A stretch of DNA of 63,454 bases, counting the filler, from Craspedostauros australis (taxonomy: Eukaryota), in NCBI GenBank assembly GCA_030167865.1. It is 10 parts of 10 records of this genome, joined end to end, with 100 filler letters (N's around TTAATTAATTAA, not from the genome) between each part and the next. Parts side by side here need not be neighbours in the genome. Positions count along the whole stretch, not along the records: positions 9,213 to 19,244 come from JALAGF010006239.1; positions 19,345 to 30,561 come from JALAGF010006244.1; 8 more parts are not named here. One strand, written 5' to 3'. Made by a program: the position numbers and the translations under genes. Below the pieces are notes generated by a model, which did no database searches, was not told the DNA's origin, and saw only the letters and a list, made by a program, of their open reading frames with translations. Below are positions 12,201 through 24,700 of this stretch, piece by piece (the stretch's first letter is position 1; every line of letters starts with the position of its first letter).

Positions 12201-15200
12201 CAAGGAGGACACGTATGTAACGTACCCATGGGTTGCTACCTTACCAGAGACCCAATCGGAGGAGAGGAAGCATTTGATTGGGATGGCCGACCTGATGCAC
12301 CGCATGACGCTGGAGCGATGGATCCAAGCGCTCACAACGCATCAATGGATCCCATGGAACCCGGGACACGCCAGGCCAAGGACGGTACCCCGGATAATCC
12401 CGTGAAGGGACGAGAACCCATGGACCCCAACGATCGTCATCCAGATGAGCACACCACAGGAGACCCCAACCGTGTGAACCAGGAGTACCCCAAAGTGGAC
12501 GCATTCCTTGACACTCTAAGTCTCGAGGAGCTCATCGGAATGTCACATGCAATTGACACGGTAACATTCGCGAAATCGGCCACGGACACGGCCATCTCGA
12601 TCCAAGACACCCTCTTCGACCTGGTGGACAACCTCTCTGCTGGAGACATCGACCACCTATACAGGGAACTGGGCATCGATCGCAAAGCCAACGCGGTAGG
12701 AACGGACCAGAAGGATTACACCGAGTCAACCAAAGTACCACCGGCAAAGGTACCAGATTCGGATGACGAAGCAGACAGCGCCATCTCATCCTTACACTCG
12801 GTGGGATCCGAACCGGCGTTCCGGAGAAATCGGGAGACATTTTGCATCCCCAACGAGATCGGAGTGACCAAGGCGACACGCGATGACACCCTCCGGGGAG
12901 ACCCACGAAGGGCACCTGAATACCACGGACACATCAAGGGCGAGAACCCCGTTGGGATTGACGACCCGAAAAAGGACAATCCCATGGACACCATGGACCG
13001 ACACCCTGCGGAAGCTATGACCGAGTACAGCCACCAAGGGTTCCCTTTCCGAGCCAAATGGAAGTCCATTGATCTCCACAAGATCCGACCGTACCTCGGG
13101 TATCTACCCACGCACGTGATCAAACAGACCCTCGCCAGAACCACGCAACTCATGCGGGCAGTGATCACTTACCCTATGCGAAGGCACAAGAAGTCCAGAT
13201 TCGAGTGGATGCGACGACAACGAATCCGGGAGATCGTGGCGACAGACACCATATTCTCCAACGTCAAGTCTTTTGGGGACGGATACTCCATGGCACAAAT
13301 CTTCTACGGAACATCCTCCCACATGATCAACGCATACGGCCTGAAGAAGAAAGAAGGAGTTTTCGTCGCCTTCCAGGATTTCATCAGGACAGAGGGAGNA
13401 CCATGGGCCTTCCACAGCGACAACGCGAAGGAACAGACCGGAGAGAAGGTCCTCAAGCTTCTTAGGGACCTCCACATCAAATCAAGGCTGACGGAACCAC
13501 GCAACCAGCAACAGAACCCGGCCGAGCACAACGCCATCCTGTACATGAAACGATGTGTCACGACACTCATTGACCGGACAGGGGCACCGCCAAAAGCATG
13601 GTTCCACGCTTTCCGATACATGTGCTACGTGCACAACCATACATCAGACCCGTCCCTACGATACGCAATCCCACACACCGTACGACACGGAGAGACCGTC
13701 GACATCTCTGCGCTCTTGACTTTCTAATTCTACGAGAAGGTCTTGTACCATGACCCCAACGCTACCTTCCCGAACTCGAAGGAGAAATCAGGGTACTGGC
13801 TTGGCGTGGCAGAGTCCCATGGGGATTTCCTCACATACCACGTGCTGGACGATGAATCCAGACGAGTACTGATACGGAGCGTGGTCCGCCCCTTCCGGAA
13901 GGGTATAAACAACAATAGGCGTGTCACCTTCGACCAAGACATGGACCCCGAGGCAGATAGCCCCAGCACACGGACCCCGCTGGAACTGTCTGGTACCCCA
14001 CAAGGATGGAAGACCAAAGCCCCACCGAAAAGAGGGTATGCAGCGACGGCCAAGACGACACACCCGCGGACATGGGAGAACAAGACCGACAAACTGACGC
14101 GACCCACCGGGATCCCTGATTCAGGGGAGGCACGGAACACAGGACCCGTCACCCGGTCCCAAACGCTAACCAAGCGGACAGCAAAGGCATCCACGACGCA
14201 CGCCACCGAGAAGGATAACCCGCGAACGAACCGCGACACGCCAGACAGGGGAGACTCTGACCCAGGATCTTCGTATCTTCCATGTTCCTCGGGACCACCA
14301 TCATACCAACGCATGGATGACGGCCCCGAAGAAAGGGGAGGGAATAAGAGGACCAAGCAAAACAAACGATCCGTTTTGTCAACAGGTACCAAGAAAGGCA
14401 TCCCATGGAAGAACATCGTCCATGGAACGATCAGATCCATTATCCAGACCATCGCAGCGGACCCAGTCACGACAGGCGTGAATACCGCGCCACCGCAAAG
14501 GGTACCCACCCTAACAAACCATCCAGGGAACCCGAAGCAGAACCCACCAGGGTGCAACACGAGCATCCCATGGGACACGACATCTGTCTCTTTTGCCTGC
14601 AACCTCACAGCAACAGAAGTCAACCAGCTCGCATACCTGGCTCAATGCGACCAGTACACCGAAAGAGACAACTTCATCCTTGATGGAAGGAACCTCAACT
14701 GGAAGGCAAAGGGAATCACTCGCCACCACCACGAGACACGAGAGGACGGAACCACCGAAGCAATCCTAGAGATTCTATGGATGAACGGAATGCGATCATG
14801 GTGCAGGATGGGAGACCTAAGGGCCCAACAGCTGGACATCATCATCGAATACACCGAGCAGAACCGCCTACAGGACCAGAAAGGGTTCGAATGGGTGGAA
14901 CTCCACAGAGCAAGGAACCAGCACATGCGATCAATGCTAGCCACCAAATTGGCGAACCATCGCCCAGGAAACAAGTACAAGTTCGGCACCCTGGTACCCA
15001 ACAGCCTGAAACACGCCATGGATATCGACAGGCTCAACGGAAACGGACTCTGGAGCGAAGCCGTCAACAAGGAACTGGACCAGATCAAGCGATTGGGAAC
15101 CTTCAGGCAACCAGGACCGAACAAAGCACTCGATGGGTACACCAAGATCCCATACCACATCGTCTACGATGTGAAGTTCGACCTACGTCGAAAGGCAAGA

Positions 15201-18200
15201 CTGGTGGCAAATGGGAACAAGACATCCCCACCAACAGAAGACGTATACTCAGGGGTGGTAGCATCAGACACCATCCGAATCGCCTTCGCCATCGCAGCAG
15301 CCAACGGACTGAGAGCATACGCCGGCGACGTAGGGAACGCGTTTCTATACGCAGATACCCTCGAGAAGTGTTACATCCGAGCAGGACCTGAATTTGGCGA
15401 CCTCGAAGGCAAACCCTTCATCATCCAAAAGGGACTCTACGGCCTGAGGACATCCAGTGCGAGGTTCCACGAACACTTCGCCGACACCCTCCGAACCATG
15501 GGATTCCTACCCTCCAAAGCCAACAACGACATCTACACCAGAGAAGCCGACGACCACTACAAGATGATCACCACGTACGTGGACGACGTACTGGTTTTCA
15601 GCAAGGATCCCATCCCAATCATCAACGACCTCAAGAAACGGTACACCATGAAGCAATGCGGTGACCCAGAGTACTACCTTGGCGGGAACATCGTCGACCT
15701 TCCCAAGAACTGGAAGGACAGGGGAGTCAACATCGGACTCTCGGCCCAGACATACATCGGAAACGTCATCAAACGAGTGGAACAACTAGTAGAGAAGACC
15801 ATCCCGAAGGCATCCACCCCCATGGTAGAGGCCTGCCATCCAGAAAGCGACACCTCGGACTTCACAAGCACTGAAGACGCCAGGACCTACCGATCAATAC
15901 TGGGTTGCCTCAATTGGGTCGTGACCCTCGGGAGACTGGACATCCAATACGCCACGACGACGATGGCACGGTTCGCTATGGCACCAAGGGAAGGACACCT
16001 CCTGACCATCCAACGCATCATTGGGTACCTCAAAGGTCGAGAAAGGGGAGCCATCCTCTGCGACCCCAACCCAGTGGACCACATGAACATCGACACTACC
16101 CTCTCAAGCCATTGGAGAGAATTCTACCCTACCGCAGCAGAAGTCACCCCCGCATCAGTACCAACACCAAAAGGGAAACTGGTCCAAATCACGTGTTACG
16201 TGGACGCCAACCATGGCCATGACCAGGTCACACGGAAATCCATGACAGGTGTGGTACTATTGATCAACAATACCATCGTCAAGACCATCTGCAAGCGACA
16301 GAATACAGTGGAAACATCCACCTACGGATCCGAATTGGTAGCAGCCAGGATAGCTACCGAAGCGGTCTCCGGTCTACGCTACATGCTGAGAGACCTCGGA
16401 GTCCCTATCGACGGACCAGCAATCATGCTCGGAGACAACAAGGCGGTGGTACTCAATACTACGGTTCCATCCTCAACGCTGAAGAAGAAACACTGCTCAT
16501 TGGCCTTTCACCAAATCCGGGAATGCATTGCCGCTGGAATCATCGTATTCGCCCACATTGCGTCAGTTGACAACATCGCCGACATACTAACCAAGCCTCT
16601 TTCCAAAACACCATTCCACCACATCACATCGAGAACGATATTCCGGAACTCAATCCATGAGTCCGGATACCACAGCGAAGCCATTTCACAAGTTATAACG
16701 CAGAGCAGGACGATCAGAGCAGAAGATGACCCCGAGCTAATGACCACGGAAACGCAAGAACCACCACCACCGAAGGAAGAACACACTATGAGCGTAAACA
16801 TGGCGAGGTATCAACAGACCTCCATGAAATACAGCCCGACATCGAAAACCCTTCGGCTAACCAGAACCCAACAAGAACCGAACCCCCTCGAAACGGCACA
16901 AACGAAACCACCCAGATCCATCAAACGCACCAAGAGCACACCGGCCCCGCCCAACCGCCAACAGACGCGAAATTCCAGTGTCGTATACGACATGACCGAC
17001 AACCGTACCACGAATCAGAACCACGAGCCAGCTGGCGCGCCAACCGACAAATTCTTGATCCGGCGTGGCGACACACCACCATCAGCCCTCACCGACGAAT
17101 TCAGCACACTATCGAGTATCAATCCCTCATGTGGAAGCGACGTCCTCTACTACCCAAGAGACATGCTGGAGACAGGGCCCATCATGCCGAGCAACCAATC
17201 ACACGTCGCCACATCGACCAAGTTCCGGAAACCGACACCTGGAGCCACCATGCCAGCCATCAAAGAAGGTAACTGTGAAACTTCCTTCCACACGGGCCTG
17301 ACACCTCGGGCTTTCGTCACACCTGAGCACGAAACATACAGGTGTGACATGCTGATTGCTGACCTCCAGGAAGACTTGGCACGGAACGCGACCGCATCCG
17401 CTCTTGCATTTCGCAACATGAACATGCCTTCCCCTCAAAAACTGAGCCGCCACAATCAGGATCCCGGACACAACTTCACCCTGCAACAGACAAGAACACC
17501 CACCATGACGTTCCCAAAGTACACCCTGTTCTACAAGGGCATTCATTGTCCTGTCCCCGGATCCAGGGTGCTATATCCTGCAGGAAAGAAGGGAACCTTC
17601 CAAGGAATCGTTGTCGGATACAGTGGCCGCAGAGTCCAAATCTTCTGCACGAAGGGAAACAAGAACGCACCAGCCGGCCAAATCACCCACGTAGAGAAAC
17701 AATCTATCTACCCTCTCACCCTCTCCGAATATATGGATAATGACCTCCAAACCACCCAGGTCCTCAGCATCGCCATAGCCGATGGCCAGTGCTTCTACCC
17801 CGCTCAAGACGGCGCATGGGCCGAACCACCCAATGAGTTCCACGCAACCATGCGGAAACCATCCATATGCCACTTCTTCAAGGTGAGGAAGAACCGGATC
17901 CCAATCATCCTCGCACGCGCAAGGAAAGCACGAGGGGTCCGAAAACAAAGCGACACCCTCGCCGCACACCTCTCACGAGAGAAGAGAGCGCTCGCGGACG
18001 AGCCCATTCCCCCCACCGACGACAATGAGATGATCGACGGAATACCATCCCTCGAAGACACCCGTCCCAGTCTCGAAGAGGGAGAGACACCAGAGAGCAG
18101 GTTCCTGGATGAGATCCCTGATGGATACTTCGACAAAAAGATGACCGCAGAAGAAGCCAGCCATCATGAATTCGAGGAGTCTCACGATGGAGATCAAGAA

Positions 18201-18320
18201 TCGCAGGACCCAGGAAGCGTGATCGACGTGGAAGCAGAGATCGCAAGTGGAGCGGTAATCAGCCACCCCAGACCCCCCTCAGGCGATCATCACGACCATC
18301 ACCAGCGTCCAAAATCTTGA
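9220..18320 (+). pseudogene. gag-pol polyprotein, disrupted, with about 550-aa extension after RNase H
   Basis: ORFs 10848-13727 and 13743-18320 are in one frame, split by a single TAA at 13725 (paralogue reads SFRFYEKV). The break near 10800 is an N-gap frame artefact. Protease motif CNGGA lacks the catalytic Asp. Confidence 0.85.
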
Positions 18321-19207
18321 CAGCCACGCGAGATGGACATGGGTATATCGACAAGGTACGGCCAAAGCCCGTGATCCCAACCGACCATTCCGTGGACAGC
18401 GCGTCCGCCCCAGAGCTCGGTGACAGTGACGATTCTGAGTCCGTCTATCGACCAGAAGGCAAGCCGACCAAGCAGAGCAACCGCCCCAAGAGAAAGGGGC
18501 TCTTCGATGAATCCGAGGACTCAACCATTTCCTTGGGAATGTCGGGAATCGAGATGATCAAACAGGCCAGATCCGCCAAGAAATCCACAGGTGGAACCAT
18601 CAACACGAAAATGGCTCCCATCGCGGCCGCGGAGAAACCCACCGAGGCAACAGAACCGGTGCCCCCCATAACCCAGGATGAACAACCAGAGGTCCCTACA
18701 CTACCGGAGGAACCAACCGATGATGACGTGCCGGTGGCAACCGCGTACCCGGCACCTATAAACCACAACGAGTATGTGGACATCAACACTCGCGAGCCCC
18801 ACGTCCTGAGTCCCCCCTTACCATCGACACCGGATACGCAAGGGACCAGCAACATGAGAAAGAAGGCTCGGACGGAGCCTCGACCAGCGATCGCATACCC
18901 GTCGCCCCGACGTCTTCGGTCCGGATATGTCATGTCCAGCAACCGAGGACCAACAATGACGCAACCATCCTTCTTTCAAATGTCACCCAACCCCACGGCC
19001 CAGATCAAGGCCGTCCTCCAAAACGACGAAAGGACACCCCTGGTCATCCAAGCCCTCGCCGATATCCTTTTTCGAGGAGGGCTTGACCACATCAACCACG
19101 TCCAACAGGTCAGCATCACCTCCTTGTTGAACGAGGCATTGGAACTCATGCGTACCATCCGTCACCAAGGCCGTGGCGACAACGTCAACAACGAACGGCC
19201 CGAATGA
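18317..19207 (+). CDS. Additional ORF 3' of pol, unknown function
   Basis: 296 open codons overlapping the pol stop, with the same A/C-rich style as the element. First ATG is at about 18539; may be a frameshifted continuation of pol. Confidence 0.45.
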   Translation: MTATRDGHGYIDKVRPKPVIPTDHSVDSASAPELGDSDDSESVYRPEGKPTKQSNRPKRKGLFDESEDSTISLGMSGIEMIKQARSAKKSTGGTINTKMAPIAAAEKPTEATEPVPPITQDEQPEVPTLPEEPTDDDVPVATAYPAPINHNEYVDINTREPHVLSPPLPSTPDTQGTSNMRKKARTEPRPAIAYPSPRRLRSGYVMSSNRGPTMTQPSFFQMSPNPTAQIKAVLQNDERTPLVIQALADILFRGGLDHINHVQQVSITSLLNEALELMRTIRHQGRGDNVNNERPE

Positions 19208-19344
19208 AGCCCGCTCGCCGCCATCTTGGGCGGCGGAACAAACANNNNNNNNNNNNNNNNNNNNNNNNNNNNNNNNNNNNNNNNNNNNTTAATTAATTAA
19301 NNNNNNNNNNNNNNNNNNNNNNNNNNNNNNNNNNNNNNNNNNNN

Positions 19345-20096
19345 TTGACCCACACACGTGTTACATTCCACCATGTGTGCCTGTCGCAATTGCAGCCAAG
19401 CACGAATCCCTTGGGAGGCATGGAAGTAAACGTGTTGACATCGAAGTGATCCGTGAGCTCCTCCATCACACGAATCACAGCAGGCCGCCTCCAGTTTCCC
19501 GCCTCTTCCAGATCNNNNNNNNNNNNNNNNNNNNNNNNNNNNNNNNNNNNNNNNNNNNNNNNNNNNNNNNNNNNNNNNNNNNNNNNNNNNNNNNNNNNNN
19601 NNNNNNNNNNNNNATAGCCACCAGCAACAACAGTATTGCAGCGCCGGGGAAGCCTCGCTGGCGGGGTAGGCTCGACAGGCGGAGCAACATCAGGCACAGC
19701 AGGGGGTGGCGCGTTCACAATAACGCTCACCAACGTGCCATCCCCGACACCTCGTCCTTCCGAGCGCACCCTGACGTTGGAGTTGTCGTAGACACCTCCG
19801 TTATCATCGAGGATGTGTACGAACACGTGCAGCTCGCGAGCATGCGCATGCGTACTGTTCGGGACGAGGCCGCCATCCGCTGCATGCATCGGCTTCACAT
19901 CGATCACTTGCGTGATGGTGNNNNNNNNNNNNNNNNNNNNNNNNNNNNNNNNNNNNNNNNNNNNNNNNNNNNNNNNNNNNNNNNNNNNNNNNNNNNNNNN
20001 NNNNNNNNNNNNNNNNNNNNNNNNNNNNNNNNNNNNNNNNNNGGGGGAGGGGTTGGCATCCTTGGAGAGGGCCTTGGTGGTGGTGGAGAGAGGCAT
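19345..20096 (-). CDS. Hypothetical protein fragment (gapped)
   Basis: Open across N gaps (MPLSTTTKALSKDANPSP...LGCNCDRHTWW); no family recognised. Confidence 0.3.
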
Positions 20097-21350
20097 GATG
20101 TAGTTGTTTCTGGAGAGTATAGTTGTTCGCTAGTTGGATGTGTTGAACTGGTCTGAGACGAAGTGAGGAAAGGAGAGCATGGGATGAAGGTCGACCATTT
20201 GTTGACAACAACNNNNNNNNNNNNNNNNNNNNNNNNNNNNNNNNNNNNNNNNNNNNNNNNNNGCAGAACGCGGTTTCTTACTGGGGGAGGGGTTAGCATC
20301 GTTGGGGAGGGCCTTGGCAGCGGCAGAGGGGAGCATGGTTGGATTGGTGCTGGAGAGAGTAGTTGTTGGCTGGTTGTCTGTGATGAACTGCACTGGTCTG
20401 AGACGAAGTGAGGAAGGAGAGCATCCAAAGGAAGGTCGATCATTCAGGAACAACGACAACAACTGCAACTACTACTACTACACGAACACTACCAGGGCGA
20501 GCACAAGCATGGAACACAACAGCGAGTGCGCATGGCATTGGCGAGGAAAGTTGTGAGATGGAGCGAAANNNNNNNNNNNNNNNNNNNNNNNNNNNNNNNN
20601 NNNNNNNNNNNNNNNNNNNNNNNNNNNNNNNNNNNNNNNNNNNNNNNNNNNNNNNNNNNNNGAGATCATGTCGCAGATGCTAACGTGTATTTAACGTGTA
20701 CCAAACGAACGACTCCTTCCGGAGCAGGTCCGTGACTGATCACCCGACGATAAATACTTCGGAACAGCATGGAACCTTCTGAAAAACAACCAGGAGTTTC
20801 ATGTGGTCGACTCATAGGACTTTAGCATATCTTTGACTGTACATAAAACTTAAAAAAGGATATACAACAAAAATCGATCGGTTAATTATTTGTAAGAAGA
20901 TTATAAGGATTACGACTATGTGCTTGGTGTGGATCTACTAGATAAAAGTTATTGAGTCCCATGACAAAGTGCAGGTCGACTCACTGATCGGGCTCCTAGA
21001 GTTGTGCGCAGCGAGCGAAAACACAATTCGGGTGTTCTTTGCTTCGTTTCTATTGCCCATCTTGGATGTTTCGGGAAGCATGCGCGGCGCTTGTGAGCGT
21101 CACAAATCCGGCCCAAGCGATCTCGCCAGAGTGGAGCTTCTTAGTTGGGCCTCTCGAAGGTCTCTTTCTTCGCGTTATCATTTCTTATTTCTCCATCCCT
21201 CCCCAATGCGCTTTGGAGCACTGATTTCTTCTTCCATTATTTGTCGTTACTATTGTCTGTCCGCCTTCGGAACAAAGTCTAGGATTGAAGATTCTAGATA
21301 CAAATGACGTCAGATCCAAGAACTCGAGATCTTTGCTCGCGTGTTCACGA

Positions 21351-21623
21351 TATTGGAGCCACGACCGCACGAGCCGGAGACATGGAGCTACGATCGCATG
21401 AATCGGAAACACAAAAGATACGACGACCACACAGCAGCGATCAAGACGCAACAGCAGAGAGAAATGAGAAGGCAAACATCGAAATACGTGCACGAACGCT
21501 GATGGAACAGAACAAAGCGAAACACAACAAAAGNAGCGAGGTATGCCTCATAATTCCCTACACAACACAGTTAGCACACACACTGATCATCCACAGTCGT
21601 TACCATCAGCCCAGATTCCAATA
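21351..21623 (+). repeat. 5' LTR (273 bp) with TATTGGA...TCCAATA termini
   Basis: Terminal inverted repeat. The 3' end and flank CAGCCCAGATTCCAATAGTTTAT(A/C)AGGACCTT(T/C)GACTC are shared with the region around 29707-29744. Lies about 170 bp upstream of gag. Confidence 0.75.
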
Positions 21624-21791
21624 GTTTATAAGGACCTTTGACTCTTGCTTGGCCGCCCGCCGTTGCCGCTTACTGTTGCTGCCACTGCCGCTTGACTGAT
21701 TGACTGACTGACGAGGCATTACGGCACACGACGTTTCGACCGCGCTGAGGTACTTGCCAGTTGAGGGGGGGATCCTGTGACGTATTGAACG

Positions 21792-24700
21792 AGAGACTGA
21801 GGACGAGACCAATGTCGACGAGAGGAGCTGCCGGGATTGTCGCCGCATCCGGCTTCAGGATACCCAAGAAGCCACCAGACCCGACGACAACAACTGTCAA
21901 GTTCCTCACCGACGTCCTGGGGTTCACCGAGGCGTTTGTCTACCTCCTGCCGATCTTCAACACCAGAGATGCAGCTGAAGGGTTGAACATCAACCGCGTT
22001 CTTCGCACGCTCGGATTCTTCGCTCGCAGCGACCTTGGCATTGTGATCCCAATGCTCCGTTGCCCTGTCACATGCATCATGCTGAAATACGACTTTGGAA
22101 GGCTACACCAATTCGGAAAGTACCTCGAGAAAGACGAAGCTGATGACGTCGATAAAGCAACCATCTACGAGCCAAAAGCAGAGGACATCACGTATGACCA
22201 GTTTGAGGCATTCTGTGACACGTGCCTTCCACCCATGGGATCGATATCCACAGCGGTTGTCAAGAACGATGGATACAATCGAAAGAATGCTGAGGCATGG
22301 TTTGGTGTGGAGGAAATCCTTCCCAGCCAGTGGCTCGAGTACATGAAGAAAGATGCTGCAGGTGACGACTTGGTGGAACTCTACAGCACCACAACAACAC
22401 TGCCATCCGTACCTGGACAGACAGGCACTGCAACAGCCACCAAACAACCTATTGGTCACACCGCAACATCGACACCGGTTGTAGCCAATACGCCAGCAAT
22501 GGCTGAGTACCACACACAACGCAATGACGGGACTGTGCCATACCGTGTTGGGCAGAGCCCAGACCCTCCAACCACATCACGGCATGCAACATTCGATCCA
22601 TTTGCTATCCGCACTGGTGATCCACTTAATGCTGCTTATCGTGTCCCCATTCGGCCACCGGGCTCCACACCCAATCGCGTCGAACACATGACACCACCAA
22701 ACCCAACAGCATCAACACCTCATACGCCAGCCTTCGCACCAATACCGAACGCGCCACGTGGCGTTCCCATTGCACCATTGCCCACACATGTGCACACCAG
22801 CCCTCCGCCAGCCATGGCATCCGCTCGTCCTGGTCTCGACCATAGCCCACAAAGGACGTCAACCACATCGAATGTGACGCCGCCAGTTGCAACAAGACCA
22901 TTGCGTCGCCCACACAGTATCAACCCAAGCTATCACTATGATGAAGAAAAAGGATTTCAAGTCTTCCGCAGCACGTTCAACTCGTTCCTACGACTCAACC
23001 ACATGAAGTACCTGACGGAAGACACCTTCATCACTCTGTACAAGGCGATGCAGGAAGCTGCACTCAATTACTATCGCGACCCGAAGACGAAGAAACCCTT
23101 GGCGATCACCGAAGACCAAGTTCAACGTGACGTTGTCACCATGCACGCTTTACTGCAACAATGCATCCAAGGGACGTCCCTCGCCTGCCTCCTTCAGCCT
23201 GACCACGACGACGGCGTCTTACTGTGGGATGCGATGGTTGCAATGGCTGACAACCCAGCGTCACGCAAGCTACGCATTGCCCAGCTGGAAGACCGCATCC
23301 TGCGGCGTGCAGCTCCAAACGAAGCTCTTGATAAGCTCGTCTCCGATGTGAGGCTTGATCTTGCTCAACTCAACGAGCACAGTACCGACCATAACCGACT
23401 GTCTGACGACGTCAAGACCCAGCGTCTCTATCGCTTGATCCGCAGCACGGGGAATCAAGACTATGTCAACATCGTTCGGGTCTGTGAAAGTATGAGTGCT
23501 GATCGGACGTTCGAGGACATCTGCAACTATATCATTGGGGAAGCTCGGGCCTCGATTGCAGTTCAAGACGCACTCCATGCACGCCAAGCTCGTCCCGCCA
23601 ACCGCCGGCTTACCAACAACCTTACCACGGCACAGACATCCGTCTCCTGGGGTGACGAGCTGCCCATTCAAGAGGGTTTTTCCGGCCTGACCATCTCCCA
23701 GACCACTGATCGCCACGTCGATGACGTCATGTCTGTTGCTCAAGCAGAGTTACAGAAGGTCGAGAGGGACGACACTTACATCCAAAGCGAGGATTATCGT
23801 CGCCTCCCGGCATCCGTAAAACGTGTCATCCATCTCTTGCGCAACATGGTCAAGCAACAAGGGAGACAATCGCATCAGACGGCTCATCCGCCAGCTGCAA
23901 CGGCAAAGCCGAACCCCATCAACCAGACGACAACCAACCAAATGCCAAAGCAGTATGCAACATCTCATGCACATGTACAGCATCAGACATCTGCACAAGA
24001 GTATTCCGACGACAGCGAGTACTATGACTCGTCGTATGACACAGAAGACGAGCAGACAGACATGCAGAACCACCTTACGGAGGCATATGAATCTCGGTAC
24101 TACGTCAATATGGTTCAAGTGTGGGCAACACCGGAGGCACTTGACCCAATCGATCCAGGGCCGGATGATCCGATCATTAACATTCCGTCCGAGCAGCTGT
24201 TGGTGAACTTAGCTGGGCATGATCAACATTCGTATTCCATATGCGATAATGGAGCCCAATGTGCAATCCTTGGCGGTAAAAACAACGCATGGACTGTGAC
24301 CAGTCCTGACTCCCGTCGCACCTATAACATCGTTGGTGCTGTGCCTTCTCACATGAAGAAGAATGGGTTACGCGTCGTGTCCGCTAAGACAAAGGTGAAG
24401 TTGACGTCGGGTGAGTGGGTCCTTCTGCAGGTGCACGAGGCAGCATACAACCCAAGTGGAAATGTTACCCTTCTGTCGGAATACCAGCTCAGGGAGGCAC
24501 GGTGTGTTGTTGACTCCGTATCTACCCGGCACATCAAATCGCTCCAGCCGCGTACGTATGGCACACAGACGGTGTACATCCCTGATGGTGGCAAGATTCC
24601 ACTCATCGTCCGCGGTGCGATGATGACATTCGACATTCATGAACCGTCTGAGCAAGACCTTGACGAACTGCGTACTGTCGATATCACACTGGAGTCTTGC

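Larger units (their letters stand above)
9213..19244 (+). mobile_element. Ty1/copia LTR retrotransposon, CoDi-I-like; internal region only
   Basis: Domain order gag-PR-INT-RT-RH. INT ATDT / SDNA / NPAE without HHCC; RT KARLVANG, DVGNAFL, KGLYGL, YVDD; RH YVDANH, ETSTYGSE, DNIADILTKPL. No LTR seen. Confidence 0.93.

Noticed and set aside
19216..19235. GC hairpin CGCCGCC-ATCTTG-GGCGGCG as a terminator
   Set aside because: No U-tract, eukaryotic context and adjacent to a scaffold end; function unsupported.
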